Notes: generated from the letters alone by a model not told the origin. A DNA stretch of 64,000 nucleotides from Auanema rhodensis (GCA_964057225.1 OZ059898.1:15500001-15564000); one strand, 5' to 3'; shown: positions 28,301 to 42,823, counted from the first letter of the stretch. Translations and numbers: made by a program.

Positions 28301-29011
28301 TTAATTCATTTTTTGAATTTATTGAGTAAAAAAAAATTTTTTTTTCACCAAAAATATTAAAAATTTGATTTTTTTAGCCGAAATAATTTCTGTCATTTCA
28401 CTGCTATATTCGTCTTAATTGATGGAGTTCCAACTGATCAAGATTTAGCTTTTTCAAAAATTGCTCACAGGTAAAAGAAAATATTTGAAAAAAAAATTAA
28501 TTTTGAAAACAAAAAAAAACAAAAAATATGTTGAGGATATTTAAAATATTTAATTTGATTAATATATGAGACTACATCTATCTATATGTACATATTTGAA
28601 TTAGTACAATCATTACTATATGAAGTAAAGTTGGCAGATTGACATGTATTTCTCATCAAAAAAAAAATTTTTTTTTTACTAATTCCTCATTATTTGAAAT
28701 TTCATATTTCTTATAAGTTTTTTGTATTTTAGAAGAAATGCTTCTGTTGTATTTCTATCATCTAAAAGTGATAAGAAGCTTTCTACTAGAAGTCGAAGTG
28801 ATGAAATTCCTGTATGTGATTTACTGAAGCAAAGATTTGTGGATAAAGGTATTCATATTCATGATGAATTGAAGAAAATTCTATAATTCTTCTGTAGGTA
28901 TTGCACGATTTGATCGAGCTCTTGCTGTTAGTGCTCCAGAGCTTAGTGGACGAGTACATACATTTTTTGTGTCAGCACCCGTATTTCATGCTCTTAGAAA
29001 AGGTTTGTAAC

Positions 29012-29052
<41 letters not shown>

Positions 29053-29281
29053 ATATAGAAAGGTTCAATCAGCATTTGTTTTACTTAAAATATAATTTAT
29101 ATAACATATATTTGTTTTAGGAGACCCACGAGGTCTACTGTTCATTCTTCATGAAAGAGCTGTTTTCGATTTTCTGAAACAGAAGAGAATCATAGCAGAA
29201 CTGCTGGACACGCCCAACAATCTAAAGGAAGGAATGTATGCCAATGTGAACACGGATACAGCTGGTGTTATTCAGAAATAA
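25346..29281 (+). CDS. Tandem IRG/p47 (IIGP)-like GTPase-domain protein with N-myristoylation signal and Pro-rich N-terminus
   Basis: Multi-exon model with canonical sites. Starts MGSKSSKG, followed by poly-Pro tracts. Domain 1: INIGFCGRKGCGKSTLINALRG...VLWEIPYP...FISSKTDDDL...WFISS. Domain 2: FNYGFVGGSGVGKSAMINALRG...TLWELHYP...FLSSKSDKKL...FFVSA. Ends EGMYANVNTDTAGVIQK*. GKSx2INALRG, LW[D]xP and xKxD are IRG-family hallmarks. Confidence 0.85.
29012..29052. repeat. (TTG)13 microsatellite in the last intron of the IRG-like gene
   Basis: Directly visible; explains the poly-Leu pseudo-ORF. Confidence 0.95.
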
Positions 29282-29449
29282 TAGATATCCTACTGTCATA
29301 TTTCTATTTCCTCCCCTCCCTTTTAGTCTTTTTTCAACGTTTTTCATATAAAAAACTTTTTCTTTTCCTTTCCTTCTTACCTTGTCTCTCTCATTGTTCC
29401 AAGCTCAATCGCTTCTTTTCAGTCAAGTATACCTTCTCACCACTACGTA

Positions 29450-29466
29450 CCCACCCACCCCCTCCC
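29450..29466 (-). other. G-quadruplex motif (GGGAGGGGGTGGGTGGG on the minus strand) in the 3' region of the IRG-like gene
   Basis: The plus strand reads CCCACCCACCCCCTCCC. Confidence 0.7.
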
Positions 29467-31115
29467 TCCTTTCCAATTCCTCTTCCCCTTCCCAGCCTCC
29501 CACTCTCTTTTTTCTCTTGTCTCAAGAATATTAACAAACAAACAAACACACAAACAAACTAACAATACATATATAGATTTGTATATTATATTATATGTAT
29601 AATTATGTTTTATATGCGAATGTGAATCCAGCTTAATTTATATGATAAGAAAGCTGAAAATTAATGTTATGTTATTGATCTAATCATCAATTATATATTA
29701 TTACATATACATACATACATGTGTATATCAAGCTCATAATAAGTTTTGTTTAATGAGAAAACTTTCTTCATCTTACTTCTACTACTACTATAGCTGCTAC
29801 TGCTGATGTTGCTGCTGTTCATGTAGCTGCTCATGCTGATGTTAATGCTGATGTTGCTCAGCTAACTATTCCATTACCAACGGCTCAAAACCTCCCTATC
29901 AAACATATATTTTACGTATTTCCTTTGCTTAATATAAGAATAGAAAAAAAAACAAATAAAACAATTAAATGAAATAAATAATTTTTTTTCTAAAACAAAT
30001 AGAACAAAAAAAAATTATTATTGCTTGTAGTACTATGTATGTATGAAGGTATGTATGTACTACAAATGGTTAAAAATATTTATATTATACATATAGTATA
30101 TAGTATTATACATATATAATATTTTTTTTCTTTTTATTTCAATTGTTGACACAATTAAGCTTATTGAGCAACAGCCTCAATACTTGGAGAATTGCCAAAA
30201 AAATATAAAAAAGAAAATGTTTATGAAATTAATAACGAAGGCTCAAACAGATCTCTCTCTCTCTCAAAAAAAAAACACAAACTATATATCTCTCATTACT
30301 CTAATTTTCAAATTTCTTGTTTCAAAACTAACAAAAGTATAATAAAATACACAATCATTCAATTTAAAATGTTTGAAATCTTTTATGAGCAATTTAAAGT
30401 TTCTAAAGTTTTAAAATGAAAATTTTACAATCAATATAAGCTTTTCCTTTATGTATCTTCTACCAATCTATTGTAAATCTTTCTTATTTAGCAACTCTTA
30501 TATGTTCATTCCATGCATATCTTTCTACTTTCCGTTTTTTTTTCCATTTCCTCTATTTCCAGGAGTCGATCCTCCTTGTTCATTTTCAGTTACTTTCTCA
30601 AGCTCTCCCAAGTTCTCTATACATATATCTTTCTATCTTATATTCTATTTTTTTATTTTCTAACCCAAGTTTTCCATATTTTCTGTTGTTTTAAACGTTT
30701 TCTTCTTCTCTTTTTTTGATTTTCGGTTCAGCTAGAGAACATCAATAGTCAACTTACTCGTCTCTTCTTCATTTTCTTGAGAATATTTCCATCGTCACCC
30801 AAGCCATCCCCACTCCTTTCCATCTCCTCGTCCCCTTTCTTCTGTCTCTCTCAACCTACATTCTCTTTCACCAGTGTCTTTCTCTTCTAGTCAAAGTTCT
30901 GCCTCTCCATCATCTGCTTCCTCTCTTCAGTTTGCAACGCGCTGTCTGCTGGATTGCAAGCCTCTTCGTCTCTAGCTTTATCCTAAGTCTCAATTTATAA
31001 AAACTGAAGTATTCTTATTCACCTAGTTATAACTATAATTCTTGTTATATTTTATTCTATTTTAGTTATACTAACTAACTAAATAGCCTTACTAGCTGAA
31101 TCCTTTTTCGTTTCT

Positions 31116-31139
31116 GTCCGTCCGTCCGTCCGTCCGTCC
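31116..31139. repeat. (GTCC)6 tetranucleotide repeat
   Basis: Directly visible. Confidence 0.9.
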
Positions 31140-31499
31140 TTCTTTCTCCTTCACATCATCCTTCTCGTACTACTATCATGTCGAACTCGTTTTCCCTCCA
31201 TTTCATACTGATTCCTCCCAATTTATATTTCAATTTTTATATTTTCATCAATCAGATTCTTCTTATTTTCTCCAACAACTTTGCATGAAAATCCTTTTGC
31301 TCTGTAATTTATTTTCTAAACTACAACTATAATTAAAATTTTTTGGGCTCTCAGAATAAAAAGTTGAAAAAGCAAAAATAAAATTTATTTTCATATTTCC
31401 TTTCAAGTAACGAAAGTTTTTTTTTTGGAAATCATATTCGTAAGACCTTGGTTTTCTATGTCAACCGTTCAATTTAATGATTTGTTAATCTAACCTCTT

Positions 31500-31529
31500 C
31501 CTCTCTCTCTCTCTCTCTCTCAGTTTCTT

Positions 31530-31572
<43 letters not shown>

Positions 31573-32082
31573 TTCTTTCTTTTTCTCTCTTGTACACTTT
31601 CTCTCTCTCTCTCTCTCTCTCTAATAGTCCGGTCAAAAATCCTGATATAAAACACATTAATACAAGGAGTAGTTGAACTCATCATCATCATTTTTATTAA
31701 AATTCAAATAAAAAATTTAAATAAATTGAAAAGACAATTGTTCTTTCGATTCAAAAAAGAGATTTTACTTGTCTTTTTTTTGTCTTCTCTTTCTTCATTT
31801 GTTTCCAAAAAAAAACTCAAAGAAGATAGAGTAATGACTTTAGACTCTCTTCAACCTCAACCTTGGGTTTCTTCTTATAATTCCAAAAAATTTATGAATA
31901 TTCTACCTATCTGAATGGAAAATTTATTTATTTACTTTTGTTTTGTTGATTTTGAAACTCTTCTGTTTAGACTTAAAACAACAACATCCACGAAATTTCA
32001 ATGTTTTTCAGAATATTTCCTTTAGAACATTTAGAGAACAATCTTCATTCTTCTGTCTATCACATTCTCCCCTCCCCCCACA

Positions 32083-32161
<79 letters not shown>

Positions 32162-32183
32162 TCTCTCTCTCTCTCTCTCACTC
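31500..32183. repeat. Two imperfect (CT)n tracts (31500-31623 and 32083-32183)
   Basis: Directly visible. Many similar tracts occur at about 9610, 10230, 11037, 11897, 37636, 40226, 44253, 61915 and 62289. Confidence 0.9.
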
Positions 32184-32866
32184 TTTATATCTCTTGATAA
32201 CCATATTCACATAGATTCATACATAATTTTTGTGCAAAAGAATGTAAAAAGTTTTACAAAAATTAAAAAAAAACCTCAAAATAGATAGTACAAGCTCATT
32301 CCTACTCTGTCTATTCCTCATTTATTTTCAATGTATTTGTATTTCAACTTTAGCTAATACATAAGTCGATTTTGTTTCAGCTTTTCCACCGTTAGGAAGC
32401 ACCATATAGTTCGTAATAACTGGTTTGATATGTAGATTTTATGAAAACTAACCACATATAGATAGATAACACTGAAAATCTGATATCATTTAAATAACAC
32501 CAAAATCATCTTCATCAATCTCTTTTTCTACTGTTCTTTTCCTTTTTGACAAGTTTATACAGAGATAGATAGAGAGAGAAAGAGAGAGATATTGAAGAGA
32601 GAAAGAGAAAACGAAATTTGAAATAGAGAGAAAGGGAGCAACTAAGGTCAAGTGCATTCATGTATCTGCACTTCTGTGTCAAAGCCTTTTCTAGAGCATT
32701 GCGCCATGATGTTGTTTCCGTTATTTGGAAATCCCATGAATCATTGCTCATTTATTTAACTGAAGCAGAAATCATTTCACTTTTTTCTCAATCTCAGCTT
32801 AATTGAACTACAATCCCCTCCGACTGCAATATTGAGGTCTTTGATGGCATCATTCGATAAGTACTC

Positions 32867-32867
<1 letters not shown>

Positions 32868-32962
<95 letters not shown>
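32868..32962. repeat. Perfect (TC)n microsatellite, about 47 units, the longest pure tract in the window
   Basis: Directly visible. It is the source of the spurious RERERE ORF. Confidence 0.97.
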
Positions 32963-32965
<3 letters not shown>

Positions 32966-33308
32966 CATGCAATGAGAAGTGATCACAAATTTTTTTCTCG
33001 TTGTCTTTTCAAATTTTCATTGTCATAAACAGCTTTTCTTCAATTTTTTCTATTTTCGTTGCCTTAGATCTTTCCTTTGTTTCTTTTCCTTAGCTTTTGC
33101 CCAGAAAATGAACAAACGATTGGCATTGTTTATGTATAAAAATTGCATTTTCATCTAAAGAAGATTGTTGTTGTTGTTTTCTTTACCTGTCACGCACTTT
33201 TTTGCATTCAAAATGTTTGTCTCTATGTTACAACTTATTTGAACATGCTCTAAATCATAGATTCTTACAAAACATCAGTTTTTGCTCTTTTCTCCCTTCC
33301 TCTCTCTT

Positions 33309-33354
<46 letters not shown>

Positions 33355-35009
33355 CAGTTAAGTACTGCTCTCTAGTCAGTAGAATAAGTTACGTGATGGC
33401 TAATTCACGTGAACCTATTTCTCATTTTCAGCTTCAACAGACGTATGATACATTTGATATTCAGAATACATTTGAACATGCCTCTCTCTCTCTCTCTACT
33501 CAATATGATCATATTGTCGTCTTCTATTCTCATCTCTTCTCTATCTATTTCTATTTCTATTCTCTCTTTTTATAAATTTCCATATATGATCTGATCGTAA
33601 TTTCTCACTTATTTTCTTTTTAATATAACAATAGAATATCATTTTTAAACAAATCTCTGATAGAGATTCAAATAAAATTTACATAAATGTTAGTCTTTTA
33701 CTAAATATAGTCGAATAATTCGTTTATATTTTTGAAAAACAACAGAAAATTCTTTAAAAATCATCAAAGGTTTGGGTAAAAAAAGATTTCAAATTCATTT
33801 TTGACATGTTATCATCATCATAATTCAAATTATTTATGTTTATTCAATTCTTATTTACTATTTAATTTCTTAACTATACTCATATAGTTAGTATAATCAT
33901 ATTCTCTCTACCCCCTATCTCTCTCTCTATCTTTATCGTTCTATATATATGTCTTATCATCTTTCTTATTCATTCTGTTACTCCTTTTATCTGTTTATGA
34001 GATGCCTTAGGAACAGCAGTTCTCAAACTTAGAAATGAGAACGTATGTCTAAACAAAATTGTTTGTTTTTCACTTATCCTACTACTTTTTCCCATTGGCA
34101 AAGTCGTCATGCTAAACTTAAACTTCTTCACACTCATGTCAAAAATCTCAAAATACAAGCTTATGCTCATAATGCTTTATGTGTGTATCAGTTGTAGTTC
34201 CATTAGATTTTCTTATACATGGAAGAGCATGTTGAAAGTTGAATAACTGCTTCAGACAGACAAACAGGCAGACAGATAGATAGACAGATGTCCAAAAACT
34301 TGCAAAAGAACTTCTTAGGAACTCTTTATCCTTCATCAAAAAAATGTTTTTTTTTTCTGTGAGCAAACGATATGACAGTTGAGAATAGAAATCTATAACT
34401 CATAGTTGAAGTAACATTACTCAACTGAGAAAGCATTAAGAATTTCTTATTTATGCTTCATAGACATGTGTAGATACATACATATGACTTGTTGTACATC
34501 TCATACATACATGCTTACATACATACATATGAAATAATGTAAAAGAGAGGGTGGATTGGCCAAACAAAATGTTGTTTCGATTGAGGAAAAAGCAGCATAA
34601 ACAGCATAATCTATTGCTAATCTTATCCTGTTGTTATTCTAGAAATGAGAAAAAAACATAAAGCAAAGAACATGAAACTTTGTCTCTGTGCTTTTCACTG
34701 AATTCGGTTAAAGTCTTTTTGACTGATTTCTTCTTTTTCAACTTTCTCTCCTGTCTTACTTACTCACTTCCTTTCAATCGCTATAGAATTGTTAGAAAGA
34801 ATGAAGTTCATTGATAGGACTTTGATGAGCTGAATCATCATAACACATAAGCCAATACATCTCAAGATATACATAGTATATGAATAATCATTGAAAGATA
34901 TGCTACAAGCTTCTTTTTTTTTCTTTTAAATGATATGAAATGAGAGATATTAATACATGATTGCTTAAATCGGGGGAGGATAACAGTTGAAACATAGCGA
35001 GCTCATCAG

Positions 35010-35054
<45 letters not shown>

Positions 35055-36598
35055 CTATCTATCTCTCTGTATGAGCGGCATCTTATTTGTCAAAAAAACG
35101 TTTTTTCTCCACAAATCAGCTTGAACCACAATCATCTAATGATGAATCAAAGCAATCATTGATCGCAATGAAACAAAAAAATTTCAGAAAAATTTTGCAA
35201 CTCATACAGCAGCTTTAAGCAAGCTTTAAGTGCAAAATTGAAGTTTTGAACTACAAAGAAAAGTTATTTTGTGAATGAATTATATGATTATCATGGTAGA
35301 GCTGAATAAAGCTCTCTCCAAGCATCTTGATATCTATTCTCAATCAAGTTCAAGCATATTCTTTTTCAAATTTTAATAATAAAAACTATAATTACTATAT
35401 ATACTTATATATATATATATATCCAAATATTTTAAATATTACTAATCAAGTTTCCTATAATTAGTCCAATTTATAATTTTTTTGTCTTCTCCTTCACTCT
35501 TCTTCTTCTTTTTGTCTCACTTCTGCATCTGAACAAAGCAGTCGTTTCAAATTAGTTATTATCTCTATGGTTTCCATACTTGTTGAAACCTCTTTTGTCT
35601 CTCTCTCCCTCTCTCTCTCTCTCTTTTTCTCTCTCTTTCTCTCTAACTATATGTATATCTATCCCTCTTTCACACTTACCCTCTAATTTTTTTTCGTAAT
35701 AAGCTGCTCTTTTTATTCTTTAACCCTCTCTAACTACCTCTCGTTTTTCTTGTCTTCCAAGTTTACCCACTTTTAGATTCTTGAATAAAAACGTTAGAAA
35801 TGATTTTCACACTCAAAACTTCAAAAGAATGTAAAACTACTTACTTAAAGTATTACTTGTTTGGCTTGTCATGAGCGTCTCTCCCTCTCTCTCCTTTCCT
35901 GTTATTCTTGCACTTTTAGGACTAAATTCATCTTTTGATTAATAAAGTCGGATTCTTTTGATTATTTAATTTTAGATTGTCTCTTTCTCTCTCTTCTCAT
36001 CTGTCTCTCTTTCCTCTCTATTCTCTTTCTCTCTCTCAATCCAAAATATTCATTTCATACATATTTCTTCTATTATAATAATTCTATTAGCAATACCTAA
36101 TTGTTTAATTTTCCAGCTTTTCTTCATTCCATTATTCATGTTTTCCTTAACCATTTAGTAATGTCGTATTAGGTCAATATAATTTTCTTCATTTTCATTT
36201 CTTAAGTTTTTCTATTTTCCGTCAAAAAATTAAAGAAAAAGAAGAAATCTTTATGTACAAATAACAAACTGTTTGTCATTAATTGTTTTTTTGTTTACAT
36301 ATCGAATATAATTTTCTATTTTACCGAAATTTCTTCACAAACTCATTTATTTTACCTAAAAATTCGTTTTGTTTTCCATTTCTTCATAACATATCTATGT
36401 ATATGTATTAAAACTTCTCTATAATCTCTTAACCATCATCATCATCATCATCATCATCATAGTTACAACATGAATCATCTTTAAACTTCTTCATAAACAT
36501 ATAATTCTTCTGTATAGTAGAACCATAAATGCTCTCCATCAATCAACCGATCATCATCGTCATATTCATTGAAAATGAAATTGAACTGTAATTATGTT

Positions 36599-36627
36599 TT
36601 CACGTAAATTCACGTAAATTCACGTAA
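36599..36627. repeat. (TTCACGTAAA)x3 10-bp tandem unit, member of a dispersed motif family
   Basis: TTCACGTAAA TTCACGTAAA TTCACGTAA; related clusters at about 6592, 8046, 16856, 21138, 22494, 41272 and 48982. Confidence 0.9.
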
Positions 36628-37634
36628 TAATTTGAATATTCTAATCATATTTGAATATTTATGTTGTCAATTAACTTCTTTTAACTATTAATCAAATTAA
36701 TCTTTTTTTATTTTTATAAAATATTTGTAATTTTTCACAAATTTATTCACAAAAGAAATGGCTTTTTGTGTTATCTTAGTAAGAAATCAGTGTATAGTTA
36801 ATGAAATATTCTAAGCTTTGAATAATCTACACATATTTTTGGTTTGCAAGGTATGAATGAAGGTTTCATCTCATGAAATATGAAATGTTTGTTGATTTAT
36901 ACTCATTTTAATTAAATATATAACATCTATATATCTCTCTAACTATATAGTTAAATATATATATTTTATTATAATAATAGGTAATAAAATATATAAAAAT
37001 TGAAGGATTTCCATATTATTTAACTAATAATATAAGTTTAGGAATATAGTATTTTATATTATTTTCAATCATAATAACTAAGAGAGAAAATAGTAGCTGA
37101 TATATGATAAAGAGAGAGAAATTATAGAGAGAGATAAGGAGAGAGAGAGATACACAACGAGGGAGACAAAGAAGAAGTGAAAGAATTTGAAGTAGAAGTA
37201 ATGAAGAGTGAAAACTGACAGATTGTTTGAGTGAATAGTATAAAGTTCTATCTGTTTACTCACTCATCAAAAACTTTTAAAAAAAAGTAATTATCAAAGC
37301 TCATCATGAATACCCTGGTGCACACATCGAGACATCCAGATTCCAACCTATTCATCTTATACAATTCAACTTTTCTCTTTAACTGTTTTGATTATTTGTT
37401 TTTTTCGACTTCTTGTTCTTGTATGTGTGGCTGTAAGCATATGAGAAGTAGTCAGTCAGCCGGACAAAGCTTCAACTAAGCTCGTTCTTCCGCTTTGTTT
37501 CTTCCGCATTTTCAAACGGATTCTACCTTTTGAAAGCACACGAGGACACAAGACCTTGCTACATCTTTTTTTCCTTTGAAATTGTATTGTTTGTGGTTAA
37601 TCTCTAGTATTTCTAAATCTCATTAAACTTTCTT

Positions 37635-37703
<69 letters not shown>

Positions 37704-38306
37704 ATACTCCCTGTTTCTCATGTTCTCTCTATTCCTCTCTTTCTTGGGACTATTTTGGTAAAAGTTAATCTAATCTGTTTGTTGCGATACTGATAAAATT
37801 AATTTGGACCAAGGTGAATGTAATTTTAACTTTGTTTCAATGAATGTTAATCATTTTTATAATTGAAATATAAATGTATATATATATTTATCAAAAAAAT
37901 AAAAGTTAATTATATTTTACTATACTAACTATCTCTCTCTCTCTTTATCCCTCTTTCTATCACCCTCTCTCTCCCTCTCTATAGATATTTTTACAATTAT
38001 CTTTTAATTTTTCTGTTTCTTTTCTTTTCTCTCCTACTTCTATCGCACTTCTCAATAACATCTTAGAGAGGATTCCTTAACAGCTGTCTGAACATCAATC
38101 TCACAAACCATTTGCACACCATTTCCATTTCGTTTTCCTGATTTTGCAAACATCGAAGAACAAATTTTATGATTTTATTCCTTTCCTATTCAAGAAATAT
38201 CTTCTCTCATTTCTCTCTTTCTTTCTCAAAGATTTTTGAACAATTTTTATAATTTTAAGGAATCAAGGTTATCGGATAACTTGTTGGCACATTGCATCAA
38301 CTTCTG

Positions 38307-38342
<36 letters not shown>

Positions 38343-39077
38343 CTTTTTTCTTCTTAATTATTCTTAAAAAGAGATTTTTCCTACTAATTGTTTACTTTTT
38401 TATTATAATAAAACATACCAGTAGAAGAGGAAAGATGGAACACACACTCATACTCACACACATATACACAACACACAAACATCTTAATCTCACACCTATC
38501 AGAATAGAAATAACTACCGTTTTACCTTTCTTCATAACTTTCACTCTCTTTCTCTCTTTATTTTTTTCTTTTCTCTTTATATTTCTAAACTTATTTTTTT
38601 ATTGTTTATCTTCAAAAATCTCTAATTTCATTTCTCATATTTCAATAATCTAAGATCGAAATGTACATTCATGTGGATAAATAGTTAATTCGATAGAAAA
38701 GGAAAATAGAAACAACAGTGTATAGCTTATAATCATATGGTTTCCCATTATCATCTGTTATCAAAGAACATGAAATTTCCTTTTCTGGTTATTTTTTATT
38801 AAAATTACTAAACTTCATACTAATTTCTTCATATAAAACTGATATCTTATCTATTCATAATACTTATCCATTCAAAGATTGACTAGAAAATAAAAAGAAA
38901 ATGTTTAAGTGAACATGATAACTATGATTGAGTATTAGAGAGAAAGAGAGAACAACTAGTGAAGACGAATCACAAAGATACGCAGACTGATCAGACCACC
39001 TTCACCAACTTTCGACTTTGCTCCTCTGAGGCTAGAACATATACTAGATACGTACTCACTTCTTCTGGCATAATAAC

Positions 39078-39113
<36 letters not shown>

Positions 39114-40226
39114 TATTGAGGGAATACGTAGTTCTTTCTATTGGTCATACCACTTAACATCAATGCCTCCATCACATTACCATCTTGAAATCACCTTAAT
39201 CTCATTTATTGCAAAATTGTCATTACTGACCACAATTTCATTATTTCCGATAATTCACATTTTATGAGATTTTTTCAAAAAAATGATTGGGAAAAAGTGA
39301 TTTGAATCAAGGAATTATTCCAAGAAAAACAAATAAAAGTTCTTCATGTTTCATAAGCAATCCCTGTTAAACGATAGCTATTCGTACAAAAGTAAGAAAA
39401 ACTTGTTTTCTATATCGAATTTCTGAACTTTAGACGTTGAAGATTATAATTTTTTTTATTTTTAGACCAAAAAAATAATTTTAAATTCTTTATAATCGGG
39501 TTGAAAAACCTTTTTTTCCTACCATAGTATCCCCAGTCGATCATCAGTCTTTTGCTATTCAGTACTAGCTTTGCAAACTCCTTTTTCCCTCTCTCTCTCT
39601 CTCATTTGACAAGTTATTTCTCTCTTTCTCCTAAGTTCCCCTTTACCTCTACCCTATCTCTCTTGATTCCTTTCAGTTCCATTTCGTCGGTTTTCCGTTT
39701 TTTTCATTTATGATCATTGGACGTCATTACTCTATCGCAACACAATTGTTTCAGAATCCATGCTTTTCGACCCTATTCTTCACTGATCGTTCAGGCTTTC
39801 CTTTAACTAACCTGTTTCTCAGTTCACGAATGTTATGTCAACTTAAGCAGATTTCATCAATTCCTGTCGTTGTCAGCCGTAACTTTCTGATTTTCTCTTC
39901 TTCATCTTCTTCCCATTTTTCATTTTTCCAAAATGCTGTCTCCTCCATGGCCTCCATCTACCTTCTGTGAATACAATTTTTTTTTGATTTTAAGGCTTTT
40001 GAAATTGTTTTAAAGTTTATATTATGCTGCTCCTCGTTCTAACATTACTTTGAACTTCGTTACAATACTCACTGCTCATTGATCTTCATGCTACAGGATT
40101 TTCGAACAGCATTGATTGCCATTCAAAACTCCTCTTTTTCACTTTTTTTTTATTTGAAGTTTCGCTCTGCTTGCTTTTATAGCCTAACAGTTCTCCCATT
40201 GCAATGAAAACGTTATATAAAAGAAT

Positions 40227-40279
<53 letters not shown>

Positions 40280-42823
40280 AGAAGACAAATATTGTAAAAT
40301 TATGTTGAATTTCTAAACAATATCTTTGATTTTTGTCTTATGTATCAAGCTGTTGAAGCCTTTTTCAACACTATTCAAATCTCTTTGTTATTCATAACAG
40401 CACTGTCATTCTATTCTCTTTCACTGCTCTTGTATTCTTTTTCAATTTCCCTCTATATCTCACTCATTATCTCTTTCTCTCTCTCTCTCTCTCTCTTATA
40501 GTTTTGTCTTTTCCTTTTTAAAGGTTTGTCTATTCTTTCTATCCTTTCTGATTTGTGGAAACATTAGTTAGCTTTTCGTTTTAAAAGCAATGCGGGAGTT
40601 CTCACTACTTAAGATTCTGAATATCAGATTTCCATATCCTCCTGTCAATTCTTACTTCTTTCTTTCAATTCCTATTTTCTTCTTCATAATTCCACTACTG
40701 ATATGCATAGATACAAGCTTTGCTAATCATTCGTACTATTCATCTATTCTCTATGAATTCTTTCAAAATATTTGAATAAACAGGAAAAATTCAAAAGATT
40801 GTTTTCAAAAATGAATTTATTTTCAATTTTTTCAGTAATTTCGTTCCTAAAATTCACTAATATTTGTATTTCACATGAACTTTATGTTGTATTTAGCTGA
40901 CCTTCTTGAATTGTTTTGTCTTATTTTTGTCTTAACAACATCACATCATACGAGGCTTAGTTTCCAGATTATCTTGCCCTTCATCTCAACTACTCTTCTC
41001 TTCGTCAGCCATATTCTAACCTCAATCGACCTCATGATGTGAGCCGTCATCATCAGCATGTACTACCCGATGCTTACTTCCCAATATCATTGAGTACATG
41101 TCTTATCTGTAAATTGTCACATCCACAAACTTCAAACTTGATTTTTCAATTTTTTTCCAAAGTCTTTCAACGCCTTTTTCTCATTTTTATTGTTTCATTC
41201 AATGCTACTATTGAATCAGTTTCTATTCCTTTCTATCTATCATGTTTCTCTCACTCGAAATGGTTCAGCAACTTACGTCACACGCAATTTTCACGTGAAC
41301 TTGTGTGGGTCATCTTATGCCATACGCATGCTTAGAGCGGTTGTGTTTCTCCATCTCTTTACTATCTGCTTTATGTTTCATCTTCCTCCCAATCATCTTC
41401 TTTTCTCTCTCATTCTCTCTCTCTCTCTCTGTTTCATGTATGTCTTCCCGTTTTTCCAATTTGCTGTTCTCAAACTGTCCCTGCATAAGGACATTGCGTC
41501 CATGATAACTAACATAAGCATATTGCTTCAACTTATTGTCTTCTCTTCACTATATTATCCTAAAACTTTCATTTAATTGACGAAAACAAAGATTTGTGTA
41601 TATTCTGTTGCTGCTTTCTATGTCCATATATGCATATCTCTATCTAATCATGTCTTTCTCTCTTCACTCATCATATTCTCTCGTTTGCCCTCTCTTTCTC
41701 TCTTTCTCTTTCTCTTGCATCATACTACTCAGCTTTCCCTCTGTTCATTCCTATCTAGGATATGTTAGCAATGGTTGGCATACGCATTGCAAGGCCATAT
41801 GTTCGCTTTGCTGTCAAATCTGTTGTTATGACCATAGCATCTGCTCTTCGGAAGATGAGCTCATGAATCGGTAGCGCGCTGATCATCCAATTTTCTGTTG
41901 CCTGCACCTATTCTCACTCCCCCTCTTCCACTCCCTCCCCTCTCTCTCTCTCTCTCTCTATCTTCTGCTGACCCCATAATTCTTCTTTTAACTCGTTCTT
42001 CCCTCTATTCTCTTATGCTCGAATACATTCCTCTCTAACCAGATTTTTTCCAAAAAAAAATCCTTTTTTCTCATGAATATATGGACGTGAACATCAAAGA
42101 TTTTTCATCTTTTAGTCCATGTCCTATCCATCAACTTTTATATATTTACATACATATTTCTATTTAAATATTTAAAAAAAATATAATTTATGGATCATTA
42201 ATCTATTCATATATTCTAAAATGTTTCGTATATTATCTTCATCATCCTCCTCATCATCAGTATCATCAACGTCTTCTTCTTCTTCTTCTTTTTCTTCTTC
42301 TTCTTCTTCTATACTTTGTCATTTCACTTACCTTCAATTTCTTATTCACATACATATAATTTAATTTCTTTTTTAAACATAAATAATCAAAACTCTATTA
42401 GAATTCAAGTTCTGTCGCTCCATAATTTTCACTCAAAATTTCTTTTACTTTTACATGTTTTTTTTCTATTTCCAAGCAGTCATGACGTTTTTACTCTCTC
42501 TCTCTTTCTCTCTTTATCTTTATTTTTTAATTTTTTATGTATTTCCCTCTATTTCTCTTTGAATATTTCATATGATCATACATTCAGTCATCTGGATAGA
42601 TTGTTAAGATGATAAACATTGGTGATTATCATGTTTAAAATTTATGTTTTGTGGTTTATTTGATCGTCACCTATCATTCTAGATGTTCATTGAATTTCTT
42701 ATCTTTTTTACATTTTATATTGATATTGTTCACATTTTAAACTCCACTACACATTTTAGACAGATTGATGTCATATTAGCCGATTATTCAACTTGTTTTT
42801 ATTATTATTCATCTCTCTCTCTC

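Noticed and set aside
31485-33594. ORFs rich in RERERE or SLSLSL (also at 11823, 44150, 59228 and 62262)
   Set aside because: They are translations of (CT/GA)n microsatellites, with no splice or codon support.
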